Made by a program: the position numbers and the translations under genes
Source: Eledone cirrhosa
Taxonomy: Eukaryota
Assembly: GCA_964016885.1 (NCBI GenBank)
Contig: OZ024742.1
Coordinates: 330,212,001-330,276,000, forward strand
Direction: 5' to 3'
Length of the DNA stretch: 64,000 bases
The notes under the pieces: model-generated
What the model saw: the letters and a program-made list of their open reading frames with translations, nothing else
What the model was told of the DNA's origin: nothing
Databases searched by the model: none
Shown: one piece after another, positions 1 to 14,169 of the stretch
Numbering within the stretch: the stretch's first letter is position 1
Layout: every line of letters begins with the position of its first letter

Positions 1-16
1 CATGGTTGACAGCTGA

Positions 17-1571
17 GAGATATGTGTACTTACTATTAAAGTTTCTTACTCTACGAATCCTAACCTTGCACATTACATCACAGCTTCAAATTTAGCTAAA
101 CTACATAGCCGTAGGTACACGTGCAACCCTGTAGTTAGTACTAACTGTAATTGTAGGAATCGGGTTTATTGCCCCCTATCCGGGAAATGCCTCTCTAGCA
201 ACATTGTCTACAAATGTAAGGTTGTACCACCCACGTCCCGTAGGGCCTACATAGGGTTAACCGCCAACAGTTTCAAGCAGCGTCTTTACATGCATACCCA
301 TTCTTTTCGTTACCCTCTAAGAAGGAATATGACGTCACTTTCAGCTTATATCTGGAGTCTAAAAGACAACCACACCCAATATAAGTTACACTGGGAGATC
401 CTAGCTAGGGCTAGATCGTATAACGGAAATAAAAGACCATGTGACTTCTGCGCCGCTGAAGACCTGGAAATACTCTACGCCACAGACCACATCTTAAACA
501 AAAAATCTGAGGCAATTTCGGCTTGTAAACATAAATTGCACAAAACTTTCCTGTATTACAGCCCCACATTATACCCTAACGGATAGTACGATCTATACGT
601 GGATATTTTACGTCTTGATGTGGGAGCTAAGTATATGTTTTGTTTATACCATTACTTATTTGCATAGGTAAGTATATATTACCCGTATGTTTTGTTAAGG
701 TACGTATACCTTCTCGTACGTATATTTGATTGTTTATGTTACGGCGTATAATTTTATATATTCTGGTACATATGGTTTGGCTTTGTGTATACGGGAGTTT
801 TGCGTCTGTGTGAGTATGCTGGTTCGTATGCATGTAGGGTGTGTGTATTTGTGTACTTCATGTTTTGGTTGACATACGTCTCCGAAGATTCGTGTATTTA
901 CATGTAGGTATGTGTGTGCGCTTGTTATATACGTATTTATTTATTTATACACGTTTATATAATTATTTATATGTATACACGCATACACACGCACATATTT
1001 ATATGTGCGTGGTTTTGTATACCTATGGTAGGTGTTTTGCGTATGCTTGTGTATGTATGTATTTGTTTGCGTGTATGTATTTATTTATTTCTATTACTTC
1101 CGTATTGTATTTATTTACTTTGTTCTTAACTCTGTGGCGGAGATTCATTCGGTCTGCTAGTTAGCATTTTAGTCTACGACTTCTGCTATACCATTTACGT
1201 GGTTTTGTCTTTGCGTGCTATTGTTCTCCACGCTCCACATATGACGTATTATCTTCGTTCATTGCCAGAGAACGTCTCTATGAACCACCTAAGAGAACAT
1301 TAGTCTACGACCTCTTTTATACCATTAACATGGTTCTGTCTTTGCGCGTAATTGTTTTTCACAGCTCCCATTAATGACGTATTATATTCGTTTTTTCCCG
1401 TTCTTTGCCAGCGTACGTTTCCACGAACCAAAGTATCGTCTTCCTGTCTTCCTCCGGTTGCAACGTTTTTTGAAATATCCACTTCTGCGTTTACAGATTG
1501 ACTTTGTTAGTTTCAGAAGATCCCGCCAAGGGTGAAAGCAGCGATTATTTGCTTAAACTTTAATCTGTTAC

Positions 1572-1575
<4 letters not shown>
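17..1575 (+). mobile_element. Penelope-like element 3' fragment: GIY-YIG endonuclease C-terminus (open frame 17-586) plus 3' UTR/pLTR-like sequence
   Basis: The frame of ORF 290..586 extends upstream as TIKVSYSTNPNL..CNCRNRVYCPLSGKCLSSNIVYKC..AYIGLTANSFKQRLYMH..TSLSAYIWSLK..CDFC..LNKKSE, a PLE Cys-linker plus GIY-YIG pattern. The end region 1262-1575 recurs inverted at 3105-3410. Confidence 0.8.
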
Positions 1576-1637
<62 letters not shown>

Positions 1638-1669
1638 AGATCAAAAGATGGTTAAAGAAGTTCCATGTA

Positions 1670-1736
1670 TTTTATTATGCGCATTTCAAAAACAAACATC
1701 ATCATGCAATAATATTTGTGTTTTCATCAGATAAAA
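1670..1736 (-). ncRNA. Minimal type I hammerhead ribozyme motif
   Basis: Minus strand reads TTTTAT-CTGATGA-AAACA..TGTTTTT-GAAA-TGCGCA-TA-ATAAAA. Helix I is perfect (TTTTAT/ATAAAA), the core is canonical and helix III is palindromic. Confidence 0.75.
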
Positions 1737-1865
1737 CAGGAGAACATGATATGAAGGCTAAAAAACACTTGTGGATAGTGCAGTTTTAAATCAACATACA
1801 AACTTTAGAGTGCTTCTTATCCAATATCTGCATTGCTTTATTGTACTACAATAAAACTCACCTCC

Positions 1866-1912
<47 letters not shown>

Positions 1913-2004
1913 AAATATATGTACATATATGATATGTGTATATATATATAGTTCTCCTTGCTTCCCTTTTATCATTGTATCTGTATATAAACAAGTACAT
2001 ATAC

Positions 2005-2235
2005 AAGAAGAAAGGGATAACAATGAGAAAAGGAGAATAGGGAGAAAAATAGACCAATGAGAGCAATGAGAAAAGGAGAGCAAGAAGAGCAATGAGAAAA
2101 GGAGAGCAAGGAGAAAGGTAGAGCAAGGAGAGCAATGAGAAAAGGAGAGCAAGGATAAAAGGAGAGCAAGCAGAGCAAGGAGAACATGAGGAAATGAGAG
2201 GAAGGAGAACAATGAGAAAGGAGAGCAAGGAGAGG
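2005..2235. repeat. Purine-rich minisatellite (~26 bp unit, AATGAGAAAAGGAGAGCAAGGAGAGC-like)
   Basis: Repeated AATGAGAAAAGGAGAGCAAG units are visible directly. Confidence 0.8.
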
Positions 2236-2368
2236 TTGAGATAAATATTGCTCTAGTTGTGCTGGAAGCTGACAAAGGGGAATTAGAGGAAAAAGAAAAA
2301 CCAACTGAAGAGGTACATTCTGCACCAAAATGACTTTTCTCTCTTTACAAATATCGAGTTTTAGTCTT

Positions 2369-2640
2369 TTGTAATTCCTGGTACAAAAACTTTCTTCACA
2401 ATATTATCTATCAGCACCGATTTCATCGATAAAAACCTGTCAACGTGGAAGGGTGATTCTGGATACAAAAGTGGACTTGAAAAACTTGAGAAAACAGTTG
2501 TTGTGAATGATGTTGTAGAAAGAGGTGTCAAACTCTTTCAGGATAACAATACAATTATCACAGAAGATGAAACTGAGTATCAATTTGTTTTACAGATCAT
2601 TACCGAAAACTGTAAAACATACACAAATGCCACTACATCT
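2369..2640 (+). pseudogene. DNA transposase C-terminal fragment (hAT-like, VVND.AERGVKL type)
   Basis: Translates ..FFTILSISTDFIDKNLSTWKGDSGYKSGLEKLEKTVVVNDVVERGVKLFQDNNTIITEDETEYQFVLQII, matching a recalled transposase motif. The superfamily assignment is tentative. Confidence 0.55.
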
Positions 2641-3065
2641 AATGCAAAAATAATGTTCAATATTCAGTGTTCAGTGTTCACATTTATTTTTATTCTATAA
2701 AAATTACTGTAAATAAAAATGCGTTTCTCTTAGAGAAGCCGTTGGCTTTATTAAGAAATCCTAATATTTCTTCAAATTAACTATTGGTAAATTTGTTTCA
2801 GAATATTTTTAAACATTTGTTGGGGTTGCATGGATGTCCACATACATTTATCTAAGAAGAACAAAGAAAGTGGTCGAGATGGGGAACAGTATACCGATTT
2901 TGAACAGAATTAATCGTTGCGTATAATATGTTCCAAGTTCAAGGTATTTGAATGTCACATAACAGTTGTGTGACTGAGCTGACGGTTCGCACAACGCGTG
3001 GGTTTATTGATTGGAACAGGAATAGAGGGATGGGAGCAGGTAAATTTTAACTTTCGAAAAATTAC

Positions 3066-3104
<39 letters not shown>

Positions 3105-3111
<7 letters not shown>

Positions 3112-3410
3112 TAACAGATTAAAGTTTAAGCAAAGAATGGCGTCTTTCACCCTTAACGGGATCTTCTGAAACTAACAAAGTCAATCTGAAAGCGCAGAAG
3201 TGGATGCATAACAAGAGGAAGACAGGAAGACGATACTTTGGTTCGTGGAAACGTTCCCTGGCAAAGAACGGGAAATAACGAATATAATACGTCATTAATA
3301 GGAGCGGTGAAAAACAATTACGCGGAAACACAGAAGCACGTTTATGGTATAAAAGAGGTCGAAGACTAATGTTCCCTTAGGTGGTTCATAGAGACGTTCT
3401 CTGGCAATGA
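3105..3410 (-). repeat. Inverted copy of the Penelope-like 3' terminal sequence at 1262-1575
   Basis: Reverse complement matches, e.g. CAGATTGACTTTGTTAGTTTCAGAAGATCCCG..AAGGGTGAAAG and GCCAGAGAACGTCTCTATGAACCACCTAAG. A short related piece occurs at about 58570-58650. Confidence 0.85.
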
Positions 3411-4097
3411 AGTTGTGTATAATGGTAGCTATGGTGCTTCCATAGGCGGTATGCCAAAAGTAGCACTCGATATTCAGCAGAGTAGAGTGTAGATAGTATA
3501 AAGAAAACGAAAAATCAGTGATGCATCTGGACTTAATTTATTGCGTGTTACAATTGTTTCGCCGTGGTCCCTGTATGGATCTGGCTGATTCTACGGCTGC
3601 AGGTTCTTTCAGACACGGGTATTTCGTTCGGAGCAAATTTTATAACAGTGATAAAATTTGCTCCGAACGAAATACGCGTGTCTGAAAGAACCTGCAGCCG
3701 TAGAATCAGCCAGATCCATGGCTCGAGCTACCTGCCGGCGAAACAATTGTAACACGCAATAAGTTAAGTCCAGATGCATCACTGATTTTTCGTTTTCTTT
3801 ATACTATCTACACTCTACTCTGCTGAATATCGAGTGCTACTTTTGGCATACTGCCTATAGAAGCACCATAGCTACCATTATACACGACTATATATATATA
3901 TATATTAGTGATAAAATATATATCACAGTGATAAAATTTGCTCCGAACGAAATACCCGTGTCTGGAAGAACCTGCAGCCGTAGAATCACTCAGATCCATA
4001 CAGGGACCATGTCTCGAGCTACCTGCCGGCGAAACAATTGTAACACGCAATAAATTAAGTCCAGATGCATCACTGATTTTTCGTTTTCTTTATACTA
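3411..4097. repeat. Inverted plus tandem repeat with hammerhead-like motifs (3543-3619 minus; 3676-3757 and ~3955-4048 plus)
   Basis: 3411-3640 is the reverse complement of parts of 3650-3885, and the unit repeats again at 3925-4097. Motif: GCGTGT-CTGAAAGA...CGGC-GAAA-CAATTG-TA-ACACGC. Confidence 0.7.
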
Positions 4098-4116
4098 TAT
4101 ATATATATATATATAC

Positions 4117-4154
<38 letters not shown>

Positions 4155-5489
4155 GTGTATATGTGTGTCTGTGAATGTGTATGTGTGCTTGCGTGCGTGC
4201 GTATGTGTGTGCGTGCGGGTGTTCATGTATGTGTTTGTATACATACATTGTGGCGGAAAATTAACATATTACACTAAGAAATAAATTATTCTAGGTACCT
4301 GGGATTTTAGTCATGATACTGAATTCTATCGTGCGCCTTATTCATGACCTGCTCTGTACCTTCCTCTCACTATGTTTTCTTTATTTCATAATTTCTACCT
4401 ACTATATAACTGTTCTGGCACATTATTATGAGTTACATGTAAATGCATGTTCATTTAACAGAAAAATTAACTATTATTGATTTTGCGAAGAAATAATTAA
4501 AAGATTTTGCTGTCCAAGACCACCACGTACTGAGCCCAGGCTCCACCACCCTACCCCTTTTCCCTCCTATTTTTTCTGTGGCAGTAGATCCGCTGCCATT
4601 CCTTTCCTTTTCTGTATTTTGAATATAAAGACAAATTATAGGATTATGAAAACCTTATAGAATTATGAAAAACAAAATTAAAATATTGCTATTATCTTGT
4701 TATGATTCTACATGTGTATTTCACATGTCCTAAAGTCTGTTCTTTACTGTTTCAAATATTTTCACAGTTTCAGTTGTTGTTACTGTTTTATATGAGGGGA
4801 ATGCATGTTCATTTAAGAGAGAAAGACTATATTATTGATTTTGTGAAAAAACTTATTTTTTTCTATTTTCAATTTCATCGAGAATACCAAAAGAAATATT
4901 TGGCTCCACAGGTTGTATGTAAAATATATACGCAACAGTTGCAAGTACGCAATATATACGCAACAAGTAAAGCTGAAATACATATCATATACCAATTGTA
5001 TCGATAGAGCCGCGAAAATACTATGATGATTGTTTCTTTCGTTTGGTGAATATAAATATCAGCTGACTTTTCAGAAGTAACATTTTCTATCCAGACATAT
5101 ATTATCGATGCTGCAAAATCAGATGATATACGTATAACCCTAATTCAGCCAACGTCCAGAGCTTCCACAAAAATATAATGAATCAGCTACTGACAAGAGC
5201 AATAATATCTGCACAACGTTGCAGCAATTCTCAAGCATCGAGAATTGTATATCTTAGTCAACACTAAATGAATGATCTCATATGGGACTGGATAATTTGA
5301 AAGTAATCGTCTGAATGTTTAACTTCCGTGCTAGCAGTAACAAGTTCTCTTCCTGCAAACCAAATTTCAAATTATATCGTAGTAGAGAAAATTATTGTCT
5401 TACTCTTATATTTGGTTCAGCGTAGATCCTGGAAATTCTGAAAGACCCACCTCTCGAAGTTTTAATGTATAAGTTTGAGGCGCATGCGC

Positions 5490-5790
5490 GGCCATTAATT
5501 AGTGTGGTTGTGAAGACTGTTGTTCCGAATTAAAGGACTGGTAACTATGCTGACTACTGAAAAATATTCATTTACCTTTTGTAAAATTAGTTGTAGAATG
5601 AGCATCTGATTTCAGTCTCTCCACCGTCTTTTCCGTCGTTTCTTAGATAAGATCGGTGGGCTAAGCAAGGAATAAGTTGAACGAGTTCACCAAGAATTAT
5701 GCACCATGGAAGAAGAGTTCATCAGATAATGGGATGCTTGTCCCACTGTGGATTACTGATGGAAAACGAACGTGAAAATAGACATATCTA
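5490..5790 (+). pseudogene. Highly decayed DNA-transposase-like C-terminal fragment
   Basis: Reads MSI*FQSLHRLF..LDKIGGLSKE*VERVHQELCTMEE..WDA..DY*W, resembling a recalled MSLKIHFLHSHL..LGAVSDEQGERFHQDI..WD..DYCW transposase tail. Multiple stops. Confidence 0.4.
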
Positions 5791-6202
5791 ATGACAAGAA
5801 ATCTCAAAATGCTATTTATATGAAATATTGCAATGAATCCACATTAAAGTAATTGTGCCAATTTATTTGAGTGTAATGAATATTTTGAGTATCTTAAGAC
5901 TGTTTGATATTAAGAATATATTGTAGTTGACATTTACAATACATTTGTATTCTATTCGCAGCAAGAGGGATTATCAGCCACCAACTATATAATATTCGAT
6001 ATTTTCAATGTTTATTTACAGGTAAATACTGTATGATAATGTCCAGAAAGAAAAGAGAAACACGAAGGTTATTCTTAGAAACAGCGACGTCAATATACCC
6101 CCAAATAATATGTGACACCTGTAATATTACAAATACATTGACAATCCTTATTTGTTATTCTGCTAGTATGCGTTTACGTTTGTATACATACATTCACCTA
6201 TA

Positions 6203-6309
<107 letters not shown>

Positions 6310-6515
6310 GTGTCAGGAGCTCAGCCGTAGAGGTCCTGACTCTTTTCCTATTACCCTCTCTACTACCCTAATTATCGAGTACTCTGGAGCATGTTGGTCC
6401 ACATGGTACGATACCACAACTTTGTTACATATAAGTTAAAATAGAAAACGAAAACAATAACGAAGATTGCAGTAAAAAGTGTTAGTATTAGTTTCACGCT
6501 TGAGAGTGGGGTGTT

Positions 6516-6549
<34 letters not shown>

Positions 6550-6598
6550 AGTATGTATGTATACGTACATACATATATGTATACAGACGTACAGTAGC

Positions 6599-6666
<68 letters not shown>

Positions 6667-6812
6667 GCACACATATATATATGCACGTATCAGTTTACCG
6701 AACATTTATTATGTTGTTCGCTTTGTTCGTTTGTAAACAAACGAACAGCCTGATTTACGCCCTACAGTGTCCAGGCAACCACGTCACTTTTTTGTTCAAC
6801 ACTGACACAGGA

Positions 6813-6855
6813 ACGATGTACTAGTTTCAAGCTTGTTAGCTATCGTCAGCACCGT
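6813..6855 (-). ncRNA. Minimal hammerhead ribozyme (intact core)
   Basis: ACGGTG-CTGACGA-TAGCTAACAAGCTT-GAAA-CTAG-TA-CATCGT. Confidence 0.75.
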
Positions 6856-7335
6856 ATAACTTTCTGCCACGTGCCTGTATGTATATATATATATATATAT
6901 ATATACATGCTACTGTACGTCTGTATACATATATGTATGTACGTATACATACATACTTACATTTGAGTAAGTGCCGTACAAAGAGTGAGAAATGGAATTT
7001 CGTTTCGTTCTATACCATTTATCGTTTTCGGTGCGCCTGGCCGACTGAACTCACTCGATATGCAAATCAGGCTGCTCAGCCGTTAATTTTCATAAGGATA
7101 GTATATATTTTCGAACGTTCAACCATCTGGCAGAAAGGTATACGGTGCTGACGGTAGTTAACAAGCTTGAACCTAGTACATCGTTCCTGTGTCAGTGTTG
7201 AACAAAAAGGTGACGTGGTTGCCTGAACACTGTACGGCGTAAATCAGGCTTTTCGTTTGTTTACAAATGAACAAAGCGAACATTATAATAAATGTTCGGT
7301 AAACTGATACGTGCATATATATATATGTGTGCCTG

Positions 7336-7414
<79 letters not shown>

Positions 7415-7841
7415 GCTACTGTACGTCTGTATACATATATGTATGTACGTATACATACATACTTACATTTGAGTAAGTGCCGTACTAAGAGTGAGAAATG
7501 GAATTTCGTTTCGTTCTATACCATTTATCGTTTTCGGTGCGCCTGGCCGACTGAACTCACTCGATATGCAAATCAGGCTGCTCAGCCGTTAATTTTCATA
7601 AGGATAGTATATATTTTCGAACGTTCAACCATCTGGCAGAAAGGTATACGGTGCTGACGATAGTTAACAAGCTTGAACCTAGTACATCGTTCCTGTGTCA
7701 GTGTTGAACAAAAAGGTGACGTGGTTGCCTGAACACTGTACGGCGTAAATCAGGCTGTCCGTTTGTTTACAAATGAACAAAGCGAACATTATAATAAATG
7801 TTCGGTAAACTGATACGTGCATATATATATATGTGTGCCTG

Positions 7842-7920
<79 letters not shown>

Positions 7921-8153
7921 GCTACTGTACGTCTGTATACATATATGTATGTACGTATACATACATACTTACATTTGAGTGAGTGCCGTACTAAGAGTGA
8001 GAAATGAAATTTCGTTTCATTCTATTCCATTTATCGTTGTCAGTGTGCCTGGCCGACTGAACTCACTCGATATGCAAATTAGGCAGCTCAGCCGTTAATT
8101 TTCATATGTAAAGTATATACTTTCGAACGTTCAACCATCTGGCAGAAAGGTAT

Positions 8154-8196
8154 ACGATGCTGACGATAGCTAACAAGCTTGAAACTAGTACATCGT
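8154..8196 (+). ncRNA. Minimal hammerhead ribozyme (intact core); degenerate copies at 7142-7184 and 7648-7690 (GAAA>GAAC)
   Basis: ACGATG-CTGACGA-T-AGCT-AACA-AGCT-T-GAAA-CTAG-TA-CATCGT: perfect helix I, 4-bp helix II and palindromic helix III. Confidence 0.8.
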
Positions 8197-8349
8197 TCCT
8201 GTGTCAATGTTGAACAAAAAGGTGACGTGGTTGCCTGAACACTGTACGGCGTAAATCAGGCTGTTCGTTTGTTTACAAACGAACAAAGCGAACATTATAA
8301 TACATGTTCGGTACACTGATGCGTGCATATATATATATATGTGTGCCTG

Positions 8350-8396
<47 letters not shown>

Positions 8397-8506
8397 GCTA
8401 CTGTACGTCTGTATACATATATGTATGTACGTATACATACATACTTATATTTGAGTAAGTGCCATACTAAGAGTGGGAAATGAAATTTCGTTTCATTCTA
8501 TTCCAT

Positions 8507-8599
<93 letters not shown>

Positions 8600-9174
8600 T
8601 GTGTGTGAGTGTATTTGACATATCAAAACAACTACAATCGACAATAAGGTATTTGCTTTACCTCGGAGCAATAATAGAGTAATTGTCTGATAATGCATGA
8701 ATGTTTCCTTCAAATGCGTCCATACCTACAAATAATGTATTCTTCTTGGGAAAATCTGTATTGATTGTCTTTGTCCTCTCAGCACTGGAATTCTATATAA
8801 CAGTCAATAGACCTTCCTAATTTACACTGTAATTTAGTCTAATCATATATTTTTACTGTCTATATTGCCAGAGCGAAAGGCATTCATCTAAACAATCAAC
8901 CTACCATCTCGTCACTGATAATCATATCAGATATATACCGTACTCCTTTGAAAATATCTATTGAACAAACAGCTGTTAAATTATTTGCGATATCCCTGTC
9001 GCCGTCCTGTATCAGTCTTTGCCTTTGCCGTTGACAATAGCTAGGGCGATGGTTGACTGATATAAATGAGCGACTGTCATATTGTTTTCTACCCCAAAAA
9101 CTTTGATTGGAGAAGAAATTTTTCGTTGCAAAAGTCTTGGCCATTCATGATCAATGTTGGTCTGAACCATTTAA

Positions 9175-9209
<35 letters not shown>

Positions 9210-9357
9210 AACACACATACACACACATACACACACACATATAAATATATATATATACACACAGAAAGAGCGAGCAAGAGAGAGACGGTTATATTAATCG
9301 ACACGAAATACTCACAATACACACACACACGCACACTTATATATATATACATATATG

Positions 9358-9447
<90 letters not shown>

Positions 9448-9450
9448 TAG

Positions 9451-10978
<1,528 letters not shown>

Positions 10979-12195
10979 GAGAAAGAGAGGCTAGTGGTAT
11001 TCAGCACTCCACAATATATCAGAATTGATGTGTTGTATAATTGTTATCTTAAATATGCGCAACCTTTTGTTCGATTATTGCTGATGCTCCCTTTGGATAT
11101 CCCGTTGTCAATTCTAAATTACGTGACACCCGTGATCTTGATCTATTCAAGTGAAATGCATGTTTTACCTCGACTGCTATGTTTAAGTGAATATGGTATG
11201 GTACGATGTGGTACGCCTTGGTATGAAGTTCAGTGAGTAAGTGTGTTTTACATTTAACATAAACACATATCACTTTATATCATACACAAACAGACACATT
11301 AAATGCCGCAGCCGACTGGATTTAGCTACATATATATATTACGATTTATATTAGTCGAAATAACGAAAGCAACAGCAAACCACTAACTAAATACTTCGCA
11401 TATGATTACCCATATTAATATTTTCCTTTCGTGAAAAACATGTCATTGTTATTCATTCAGGCCACTAAATCTCACTTAGTTGAATGCGTTCTTTTCGAAA
11501 ACTGTTGATTAGCGATTGTGAGAACGGATTCCTTCTGCCTATTGTAATTGTACATGCCATGTGTGTACCGCATTTGTTATCTACTTATTTATATGCATAC
11601 ATCTGTAACTAGGCAGGTATTTAAGGGGTAGTTTTCTCTTATGAGTATCAGGCATAGCTAAGATGCAGAAGCATAGCTCCTTTGATAATGCATCCAAACT
11701 AATATTTATCAGGAGGCTGCCAACATTTGTTCAAGAAGATCATCACTGATTATTAAAAATTATCTTTTTTTTTTTTTAACGTGGGTTTTCTAAAGTCTAC
11801 GGGCGATTTGAAAGACCATACACATGAAACTGCTGATATGTTCCTGAATTTGAAAAAGTCTATTCGTATGTTTTGCACAGTGTCCTTTTGATGGAACAGT
11901 AAACTTACAGGCCAACGGATATATACTGATGTAACACATGTGTTGTCATGAAACTAGTGGAGTCAAATAATTTAAATATCTTTATGAATAAGTTGGTGAA
12001 TAAGTATGCCATCATTGGTAAGGTATGTACAGCCAAAAATCCTAAACGCGGATCACATAAACTTTGAATGGGAGTTGCGTATTCTAAACAATCTCTACTA
12101 TAATATATAGTTTCTCTCAAGTATAAATGGTTCTCTTTCACAGCTGTCTTCCCACGAATTTCGAATGGTCTGAAAGAGGATCAACAGACCCACTT

Positions 12196-12241
<46 letters not shown>

Positions 12242-12273
12242 TCTGACGCATACTTACCATAGACACACATACA

Positions 12274-12350
<77 letters not shown>

Positions 12351-12479
12351 GATCTTCATTTAACTTTTGGTATTGCGTGTGCACCATCTCAAAGATGTTT
12401 ATCTTGTTATAGCCGAACTAATATCGTTGGTTGGATATATATATAACCTTCGTGAAGTTCTTCAACCCGCTTAAACCGG

Positions 12480-13105
12480 GGTTATGAATTGAGATTAAAT
12501 GTTAGAATGGTTGGAGAAGAACCATACTTGGATAAAAAGGCAATTTACAGAATTGTTACATGAACAAATTTGTCCAAAACTAGAGTCCAAACACTTGATT
12601 GTGGAACAAAAAGCGAACCGGCTGGTCATTTTTCAGGTTTTTCTGGCTAGTATTGACATTGCGCCACATTTCTTGAATAAAGTAATGAGAGGATATGAAT
12701 CATGAATGGTCGAGTAGGATACAAAGACAATATGGCAAAGTGAGAAGTGGCATATGGAAATTTCTCCTCGTCCGAAGAAAGCACGCATATGCATACTCAG
12801 GATGAAAACAATAATTGTGATCCTTTTCGATAATCGTGTTATTCTTCCCAAAAAAGTGTTACCCCTACGACAGATAGTTAATCGCACCATTTTCAGAAAT
12901 GTCTTGCACGACTTCGAGAAGATGTCCAGTAAGTTCGAAAGACTGTGCGGGAGATCGGCTAAGACACAATGATAAGACGGCGGCTCACACAGTACATTCA
13001 ATTAGATAATTCTTGTCGAAGAAAAGCATTCTCACTATTCCACATTCTCCTTACCTCCGAGATCAAGCTCTAGGTGATTTCTACCTCATTCCTAAGTTGA
13101 AACAT
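12480..13105 (+). pseudogene. Decayed mariner (Tc1/mariner) transposase fragment
   Basis: Reads VMRGYES*MVE*DTKTIWQSEKWHMEISPRPKKARICILRMKTIIVILFDNRVI..LRQIVN and PHSPYLRDQALGDFYLIPKLK. These resemble mariner TGDESW, SPRPKKAR and YSPDLAP.DF motifs. Confidence 0.7.
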
Positions 13106-13116
13106 CATTATTTTAG

Positions 13117-13300
13117 GGGCGGTGAATTGGCAGTATCGGTGAGATTTGGACGCCATGCTCTCCAGCATAGTTACGGCCCTTTATGATCTGAGTTCAAATC
13201 CTGCCTTGGTTAACTTTGCCTTTCATCCTTACGGGGTCGATAAAATAAAATACCAGTAATGTACTGGATAATTGCTGGTCTTGTGCCAAAAGTAGAAACA
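13117..13300 (+). mobile_element. tRNA-derived SINE (Nin/Deu-like core)
   Basis: A box TGGCAGTATCGG, B box GAGTTCAAATCC and core GCCTTTCATCCTTACGGGGTCGATAAAATAAAATACCAG. Flanked by ATTATTTT direct repeats. Confidence 0.85.
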
Positions 13301-14169
13301 ATTATTTTGGGACTCAAGGACACTCACAGAAAATGAATTCCGCTACTGGAACAACCAATGGTAAAAACTTTGTAATCACTTTCTGACTTTGATGAAGATA
13401 ATTTGTAATTACATGTATATCTAATATACATTTAAATACATTTTGGACAAAACTATGAAGGTTATTACACAAATATAAACTAATGCACATTCATAGACAT
13501 CCACATCCAGGTTTAGATACAAATGTACTGAAACAAATTTAAGTATGCATGAATTAGTTGTTAATATGCATACACACATAATCACTAACGCGCACACTCA
13601 TAAGGCTGATTAACGTTGTTTGCCAAGATATCATAACAGCCAAATTAATACGGATATTAAAAATAGAGCTCAGTCATATATTCACTTGGAAATATATGTC
13701 TCAACGGATAGCTGATAAGTTTCCTATCACAGTCATAGTTAGAAGTGTAATAATATTTATTTAATGAAAAAAAAGTACAAATGTTAGGAAAAGTCAAACA
13801 TAATCTAGTGATACCAGACTAATATACTTCATGTTTTCGTCAAATAAAGGATGAGAGGAATTATGTTGATAAAAAGAGAAACTTTCGGATTTCCTATTCA
13901 CACCGGAGGATTTAGGACTGACTAGAGCGTCAGTGACTCGTTGGGTCCCGTTATATTAAAAATATTTTTTTGTAAAATCATGTTCAATTAAAAATAATTT
14001 TAAATAATTAAAATATACACAGACATGTCAAATAATTCTAAAAAAGCACGCCCTAAAAGAAGGAAGATCCCCGCCACATCTGAGGAGTTCAAAAGGTGGT
14101 GACGGGAATCGAGAACTTTGTCGTTCTTTCAAAATATGAAAACAGGTGTTGCTGCTTCAAAGTAAAGAA

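Larger units (their letters stand above)
6545..8510 (+). repeat. ~506-bp tandem repeat (3+ units) preceded by an inverted partial unit; each unit carries a hammerhead motif and an internal (TA)n
   Basis: Units recur at 7142, 7648 and 8154 (period 506). 6545-6870 is the reverse complement of part of a unit. A related fragment lies at 58380-58440. Confidence 0.9.

Noticed and set aside
1-10. CATGGTTGAC also occurs at the Tx1 copy 1 5' end (minus strand, about 23557-23566)
   Set aside because: A 10-nt match at the window edge is compatible with chance.
6879-8510. Regularly spaced repeats as a CRISPR array, or repeated ORFs as a gene family
   Set aside because: Whole ~506-bp units are duplicated with no unique spacers, no cas genes are present, and the context is eukaryotic.
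13117-13210. tRNA gene
   Set aside because: The A/B boxes belong to a multi-copy SINE head; no full cloverleaf.
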